Shown: piece by piece, positions 56,701 through 64,000 of the stretch | How the letters are laid out: each line of letters opens with the position of its first letter | Position numbering within the stretch: the stretch's first letter is position 1 | NCBI RefSeq assembly: GCF_009914755.1 | Contig: NC_060930.1 | DNA from: the human T2T-CHM13v2.0 reference genome, Homo sapiens | DNA: 64,000 nt | Direction: 5' to 3' (one strand) | Program-made: the position numbers and the translations under genes | Notes under the pieces: generated by a model | Seen by the model: the letters and a program-made list of their open reading frames with translations, nothing else | What the model was told of the DNA's origin: nothing | Database searches by the model: none

Positions 56701-57122
56701 GGTCTTCCCAAAGTGAGCATTTGCCCTGTACAGATGATCATTCTTTGATTCTAGACTCGGACACGTAGCAACACTTACTAGTTCGTATAATAATGTACCT
56801 GTTCTTTGGAGGAACTCAAGAGGATATGTACATTTGCCTAAATAAAGGAGGCCAGCAGTAAGTTCCATTTGCAAGGCAAACCTTCAGAGAGAAGATGCTT
56901 GTATCAGTCCTGTAGTGAATGAGCATCTCATTTACATGACCAATCTCTTACACAGAAATAAATCACTGCGTGACTGTGCTCTGGGTATAATGGTATTGAG
57001 CCTGGCCTCCTTTTATCTTATAATCAGTTAAAATAGGAACTATATTGGTCATTTGCAGAATTCTTTTATATACAAACAAAAAATCATGGTGGAAATGTAT
57101 TCAGTGCTCTAAATTGATACTA

Positions 57123-57389
<267 letters not shown>

Positions 57390-57493
57390 TCAATAAATTT
57401 AGTTCAGAAATGAAGCCATTACATCCCTAAATTCTATTACATAAATATGTTACTAATGTTTACTCTATAACCACAGCAGATCATCTGTTTCCT

Positions 57494-57760
57494 TTTTTTT
57501 TTTTGAAACAGAGTCTCTTTGTGGCCCAGGCTGGAGTGCAATGGCGCAATCTTGGCTCACTGCCACCTCCGCCTCCCAGGTTCAAGAGATTCTCCGCCTC
57601 AGCCTTCCACGTAGCTGGGATTACAGGTGATTTTTGTATTTTTAGTAGAGACGGGGTTTCACCATGTTGGTCAAGCTGGTGTCGAACTCCTGACCTCGTG
57701 ATCTGCCTGTCTTGGCCTCCCAAAGTGCTGGGATTACGGGCATGAGCCACTGTGCCCGAT
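57494..57760 (-). mobile_element. AluS (Sg-like) with a small internal deletion
   Basis: ttacaggtg joins directly to atttttgtatt; imperfect TSD TCATCTGTTTCCT/TCATTTATTTCCT. Confidence 0.92.
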
Positions 57761-57954
57761 CTGGCTCATTTATTTCCTAAAATTATAATGTATGACTAAC
57801 AAATCAATTTAAAAACTATGTACAACTGGAGTACACAATTGTCAAGAACTATTTACTTTTGCTTAGTTTAAATATTTGGTAAAGAGTTTGCAAATAAATA
57901 CTCATCATGTCTATTCAGATCTATAATGTGCTAAAAATTCTGTTTAAGACTTCA

Positions 57955-58324
<370 letters not shown>

Positions 58325-60435
58325 TTAGTATGAACAAGTCTTTAAATGTGTCTGCTAATCAATTAAATTATTTTTCTCATTTCTTATGTTAAATATCACT
58401 CATTGAATACATACTCTCCCTTTAAAAGAGAGACAAATAGCAAGCTTATTTTCTAAGAAAGTGATAGTTTCAATTCCTCTGTGAAAGTGGACAGATATCC
58501 TAGGTTTTTTTTAAATTCAACTTTATATTAAAATGCTTACACATTCTAACGCAGTTGTAAGAGATAGCAGAGAAAGATGCCAGCTACCTTTTCCCCAGCT
58601 TCCGCCAGTGGTAACATCTTGCCAAGCTAGACGTTATAATTGTACTATAAGCATTGTTACAGTCAGCACAGAGGACGGCCGTCACCAAAGGGTCCCTTCT
58701 GTTACCCTTTCACAGTCGTACCCTCCTCTCACCTGCTTCCACCCCCTTCAGAACTGCTGGGAAGCATGAATCTGCCCTCCATTTCTATCATTTTGTCGTT
58801 TTGAGAATGTTATATAAATAAAATTATTCAGTGTACGATCTTTGGGGATGGGCTTTTTCCACACAGCACATTTCCCCTGAGATCCATCCAAGATATTTTG
58901 TATATCAACAGTCGGCTCCTTTTTTACTGCTGAGTAATATTCTAGGGTGTGGAGGTACCAGTTTGTTGAACCACAGATCCACTGAAAGACATCAGAGTTG
59001 TTTCCGTGTTCTGCTAATGTGAATAAAACTGCTATAAACATTCATATACAGATTTGTGTGTGTACCTACGTCTTCATTTCTCTAGGATAAATAACTAAGA
59101 GTATAACTCTGTCATCTGGTAAATACATATGTCATTTTTTATGAAACTGCTATATTCTTTTCCAGAGTGGTTCTACCATTTTATATTCCCAGTAGCAATT
59201 TGCGAGTAATCCAATTTCTCCACATCCTCACCAGCATTTGGTGTTGTCTTTATTTTGTATTTTAATTTACCTACTTTACCTATTACTCTAGATATTTCTT
59301 TATACATTCTTAACTTGTCATGCTCTACTGCAGTTGCTATTTTGTAGGTCAAGTTTAGAAATCTTACCTTTCCTTGCATCTGTGTTTATGTTTGCCTGAA
59401 ATGTTTCTTCTACATGTAGAACTACATTAGACAATGCTATAACTTTTGCTGCAACCCTCTAACATAATTTAGAAAACTCAAGAGGAGAAAAACAGTGCAT
59501 TGTATTTAACCATATTTTTGCTTACTATGTTTTTCCCTCCTTCCTAGTGTTCCAAAATTCCTTTTTTTGTTGTTTCATTTGTTTAGAAAATTTCTTTAGC
59601 CATTCTTTTAGGGTAGGTCTGCTGGTGACAAATTCGCTTAGTTTTTCTTTATCTAAAAAAAAAAGTATTGATTTGTTCTTTCTTCCTGAACGACATTTTC
59701 ACTGGGTATAATATTACAGGTTGGCAGTTCTTTTCTTTCAGCATTTGAAAAACATTGTGCCACTTCCTTCTAGCCTTCATGGTTTCTGATGAGAAATCCA
59801 CTGTAATTAGAACAATGTTAGCCCTATAGGGAAGGTGTGATATTTCTCTGGCTTCTTTCAAGATCTAAAATTTGTCTTTAGTTTTAAGAAGTTGAATTAC
59901 GTTGTGTGTTGGTGTGGGTTTCTTTGGGTTTTTCCTGTTTTAGATTCACTCAGCTTTATAAATCCATCTATAACTTTATGTCTCTTGCAAACTTTGGAAG
60001 TTTCCAACACTTATTTCTTTGAGCATTTGCCCACCATTATCTTCTCCTTCCAGGAATCCCCTGACACAAACTTTAAATGCTCTGTTGGAGAACCACAGGT
60101 CTCTGAGGCTCTATTCCTTTTTTCTTTTTCCAGCCTACCTTTTCTTTGCCATTTGGACCGTGTCATTTCTATGTTCCAACTTCCAGTTCACTGACTCTTT
60201 TCTCTGTTCCTTCCATTCTTATGTCAAACCCATCAGTGAGTGTTTTATTTCAGAAATTTCAAACAAGAGGCTCTCCACTCAGCCTTTACTAGTGTTGGTG
60301 GGGACAAGGATAGGGCCGCAGTTTTTCTGTTGCATTTGGCTGGAGTAGACTGGTTATTGTCTAAATGTTTTCTATGTTGCTAGGCAGCCCCTTTCTGAGT
60401 CCTCTGGATAAAAAACAGGCCATTGTTGGGGATTT

Positions 60436-60562
60436 CTTCCTTCCTTCCTTTCTTCCTTTTCCCTTCCCTTCCCCCTTCCTTTACCCCTCCCTTCTCTCTC
60501 TCTCTCTCTCTCTCTCTGCCCCTCCCTTCCTCTCTGCTTCTTTTTTCTTCTCTTTTCTTTTT
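60436..60562. repeat. (TTCC)n/(TC)n polypyrimidine tract
   Basis: Directly read. Confidence 0.9.
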
Positions 60563-60731
60563 GTCTATATATGTTGACATTTCCTGGTTGCCAGCTTCTT
60601 CAGTTCCACATCTGAGGTAACGTAGCAAAAAGAAAACTCAAGAAATTCACCTCTGGATTCTTCCTTGGGTTCTAAAATCCCTACTCTGTCCACATTCTTC
60701 TCACTACTTTCAGAATCTTCCTAAGCTTGTA

Positions 60732-61150
60732 CAGCGGACCCTTGAATAACATGGGTTGAAACTGCATGGGTCCATTTATATGCAGATTTTCTTCTGCCTC
60801 TGCCACCCCTGAGACAGTGAGACTAACTCCCCCTCTTCCTCTTCCTCTTTAGCCTACTCAACATGAAGACAAAGACAATGAAAATCTTGATGATCCACTT
60901 CTACTTAATGAATAGTAAGTATCCTCTCTCCTTTTTGTAATGCTGTTAATGTTTTCTCTAGTTTTTTTATTATAAGCATACAGTACATATTACATATGAA
61001 AAATATGTATTAATCAACTGTTCATGGTATCAGTAAGGCTTCCCGTCAATAGCAGACTACTGGTAAAGTGTGAGGGGAGATAAAAGTATACATGAGTTTT
61101 GTCTACATAGCGGTTGGCACCCCTAACTCCATGACTCCACGAGTCAACTG
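60732..61150 (+). mobile_element. Tigger2a non-autonomous DNA transposon, full length, nested in L1
   Basis: TA|CAGCGGACCCTTGAATAAC...GAGTCAACTG|TA termini; internal gcctctgccacccctgagacag and cctactcaacatgaagac. Confidence 0.9.
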
Positions 61151-61628
61151 TACAATATGCAATGTCTAGGCTTTTTAGTGTAGTTGCTGGGAGGAAGAGG
61201 GAAAAGTATGCCTACTCCAGCTTCCCAGAAGCAAAATCTGTGCCAGATCATTCGTTTTCAATGTCTATATTTTTTCCATTTTCCTTTAATTTTTTAAAGT
61301 TCTTAAAGTCTTGCCAATAACAAAACTGAACAGATGAGTGTGTAATGAAAATAACTATACTCTAACAGTGCTTCTCTAAGTGGCCTGTGGATATGCTCTC
61401 CCAGAACTGAAAATTCTATGAAAATTTTTTAGATGTGACATCAATTCTATTATAATCTTACAAATACCCTTTGCCAGTTAAATAGACAAACTCGCTTTTT
61501 AAAATTATGACATTTCATAAGACTGTGGTCTCAAGCTATAGTTCCCCAAAGTACCTGAGGTGAGGCACTAAAACTAATTTCCTCCTCAAAGAAGGTGAAA
61601 CTAAGTGTGAGAGATACTGCTCAGTATG

Positions 61629-61768
61629 TGGGGTGACCATTGCCTCAGTTTTCCTAGGACACTCCCAACATATAATTTTGTCCTGGAATAATTATTGACA
61701 GGGTCTTCTTTTATACTCACAATATCTCATTTTGCATGATAAGCTAATATATATGTTCATATCACCTA
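61629..61768 (-). mobile_element. MER94-like hAT-Blackjack MITE
   Basis: tggggtgaccat...ttgtcctggaataattattgacag...tcaccta; TAGGGTGACCA-type TIRs, ~140 bp. Confidence 0.7.
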
Positions 61769-62710
61769 TGATAAAGAATACGAAACCAGGAGGAAGACAC
61801 CCAGCAAGCATAGACACCACCCCAGCCATCTCTTCTTCTCTTCAGGACACCAAGGTGTATATTTAACATTCATTAATGGAAGCATTAAGTAGCTCATATG
61901 GAAGGTCCATCTTCTTTTTCTCAGCAGCAACTTATTATTAGATATTTTGTGCTTATACTGTGAAATATAGCACCTGTAATGATAATGGGTAACTAAATGA
62001 TATTGACTAAATAGTTGTAAACATATGTTCTAAGATTATACAAGAATATCTAGGATGCTAAAATTCTGCCAGTTGTACACTTAAAGAAAACATAGCCATC
62101 AATTTGCAATTACATGTGTAACTTCCTAGTCTTTACAGTGAAACTCTTCTATGAACAAAGTTTGCCAACTTCTCGGCACCTAAATCATTTAACTGTGATT
62201 TAATAGAAGTTCCATAAGTATGAACCTTTCTTTTTCAGTGTCCTCAGACACAAGTTCTCAACAGCCAGCTAGGCATCTCCAAACACACGTACTCAGCTGG
62301 CATCAACTCCCATCATGTTGGAACAATGCAGCATCCTTCCCCCAACCAAACCGGGTCTTCAGACTTCCCATTTCCTTCTATGGCATGACATTTTTCTCTA
62401 GTTCCCCACCAATGAAACTTCAATGCCAAGTTAGTCAAGGTTATGTGAAATATAGCCCATATTTTATTTTTTGTCCAATCTTCAACATCTCTCTTCAGGT
62501 TCTAGAAGAACAAGAACCCATCCTTTTTGGCAAGCATTCTCTATGCTCATTCCCCTATTCCTCCATCTACAGAATCCTACCTCAACTCAATTCATCCAAG
62601 AAGTTCTTCCTGGTGACTTCCAACCAGATGTGTTTTCTCCACCTTTAAAACTTCATAATATTTTCAGGTGCGATACGGCAGTTATGTTTCATATTCTTAT
62701 ATTATAGCTA

Positions 62711-62774
62711 TTAGGTTGAACAACATGAAATTGTTGAACCTGTAAAAATGGCAATCCCATATGGTTCAATCTAA
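62711..62774. mobile_element. MADE2-type mariner MITE (palindromic)
   Basis: TA|TTAGGTTGAACAACATGAAATTG...CAATCCCATATGGTTCAATCTAA|TA: inverted termini and TA duplication. Confidence 0.8.
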
Positions 62775-62799
62775 TATTTCTCTCGGTTTTAGGGCTCAT

Positions 62800-62905
62800 A
62801 AATAAAGAGCAGTCTCCATGAAAACAGGGGCTGAGTTAGGTCTCTCTTTTGGATCCCCTGAGAAGCCTAGGACATTGGAAGTGCTTAAGAAGTGTTTGTC
62901 AAAAT
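62800..62905 (+). mobile_element. L2 3' end fragment
   Basis: ctccatgaaaacagggg...ggatcccctgagaagcctaggacattggaagtgcttaagaagtgtttgt. Confidence 0.55.
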
Positions 62906-64000
62906 AGACTCATAAATCAACACATGTCTTAGGCATATATGTTTGCAAAGTCAATCATCTGAAGCAATTAGTCTAACTACATATGAAATCGCTAATTGTT
63001 TTATGAATCAGCACAAATGGCAGTTTAGAACCTGAAGGTTTTGGCAATATAAAATGTTTTGATTCAAGGAGCTGTTTTAAAATTATTTATTTGTGAAGGA
63101 AACATCCTTGGATTTAGAGGTTGGCAGATACAGTGAAAATCTTTTTAGTTGACTGAAATAGAAAAAAAAAAAATCAAAACCCTTTTTAGCACATGCACTT
63201 CCCTTATAAAACCAAATTGCCTGAAAGCAGAGGCCAGCAGTTTGTGCACAACGAGTATGTGCCTCAACACCATCAGCAGGAGATGCAATGCAGAATGACA
63301 GGAACAATTTGCATTTCTGTAGCTTCTTTGTATACCCAAATTCTGAGAGCATTTTACAAAGCCATAAATATCGTTACCCACAAGAGACAGGGAAAGGATG
63401 CAGATACAAGGACGGACTTTGTGTACTCTGACCCAGGAGCCCCCCTGCGCGGAGCAGTGATACCCACACAGCTGTAAACCTGAGTGCAATTAATTGATGC
63501 TGGTTAAGAAAAGGGGAACATACATCTGCAGGGTCCTTCACAGTCACAGGGACCATTCCCAGAAAGCGTTTCGTCTTTCTTGCATTCACAAAGAATAGCG
63601 TCAACAAATGTTGAGTTGTATTTGCGAGTTTCCCCAACAAAGGACGGGTCTCTAGTTCTAGGTGATGGTGGTATTATCAGTCACCTCACCAGTCCCCCTA
63701 ATTCCTACAAAAATCACCAATCCGAATGACATGTGTGTAGGGCTTTCATGGGGCTAGGAGCAGTGGGCTGCCAGAAGCTCTGCTGGGGCCAGGAGAGAAG
63801 AGAGCATCGTTCACACTTATTACGTTGCAGGGGCCTATTTCCAGGGACAATGTTACTGAACCTTGGAGAAATTCATGCAAAGGTATACTGTTGTTGTGCT
63901 CCAGGCTTCCTTCCCCATCAGCTGCAGAACTGTGCGATTCTGGTCCTGGCCAAGGAGTGCCCAAAGCTAGTTGCCAATGGGCCCCGGAGCCCACACCTCC

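Larger units (their letters stand above)
58505..61240 (-). mobile_element. Old L1M (L1MC/MD-like) relic: 3' end, ORF2 C-terminus, ORF1 and 5' region
   Basis: ORF 59649-59861 (ITVDFSSETMKARRKWHNVFQMLKEKNCQPVILYPVKMSF) matches the L1 ORF1p C-terminal domain; ORF 58748-59041 (MFIAVLFTLA...HTLEYYSAVKK) matches the ORF2p C-terminus. Confidence 0.88.

Noticed and set aside
62220-62648. 142-aa ORF
   Set aside because: Low-complexity S/F/Q/P composition, partly L2-like sequence, no recognisable domain.

Overview
Primate (very probably human) non-coding genomic DNA: AT-rich, CpG-depleted and dominated by interspersed repeats. It holds 22 Alu copies (J, S and Y lineages, most with readable target-site duplications, TSDs), several MIR and L2 relics, old L1M fragments, MaLR (MLT1) solo LTRs and DNA-transposon fossils (a near full-length Tigger1, Tigger2a, MER47A, MER1A, MER94, MER5, two MADE2-type MITEs). 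I can support no intact protein-coding gene: the listed ORFs are Alu, simple-repeat, L1 or Tigger relics, or chance ORFs. Most L1 and LTR copies lie on the + strand and several good splice-site pairs lie on the - strand, which suggests (inference) a large intron of a minus-strand gene that I cannot name. The most distinctive unique element is a 9-copy, 65-bp, CpG-retaining minisatellite at 12291-12869 whose unit carries UPRE/CRE-like (TGACGTGG), NRF1-like (TGCGCATGC) and GATA (AGATAA) motifs. Other points of interest are a candidate 24-nt microexon, closely spaced inverted Alu pairs, template-switch-type hairpins and non-B DNA tracts. I found no convincing evidence of a new biological system. 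Repeat family names come from recalled consensus sequences; boundaries without TSDs or terminal inverted repeats (TIRs) are approximate.
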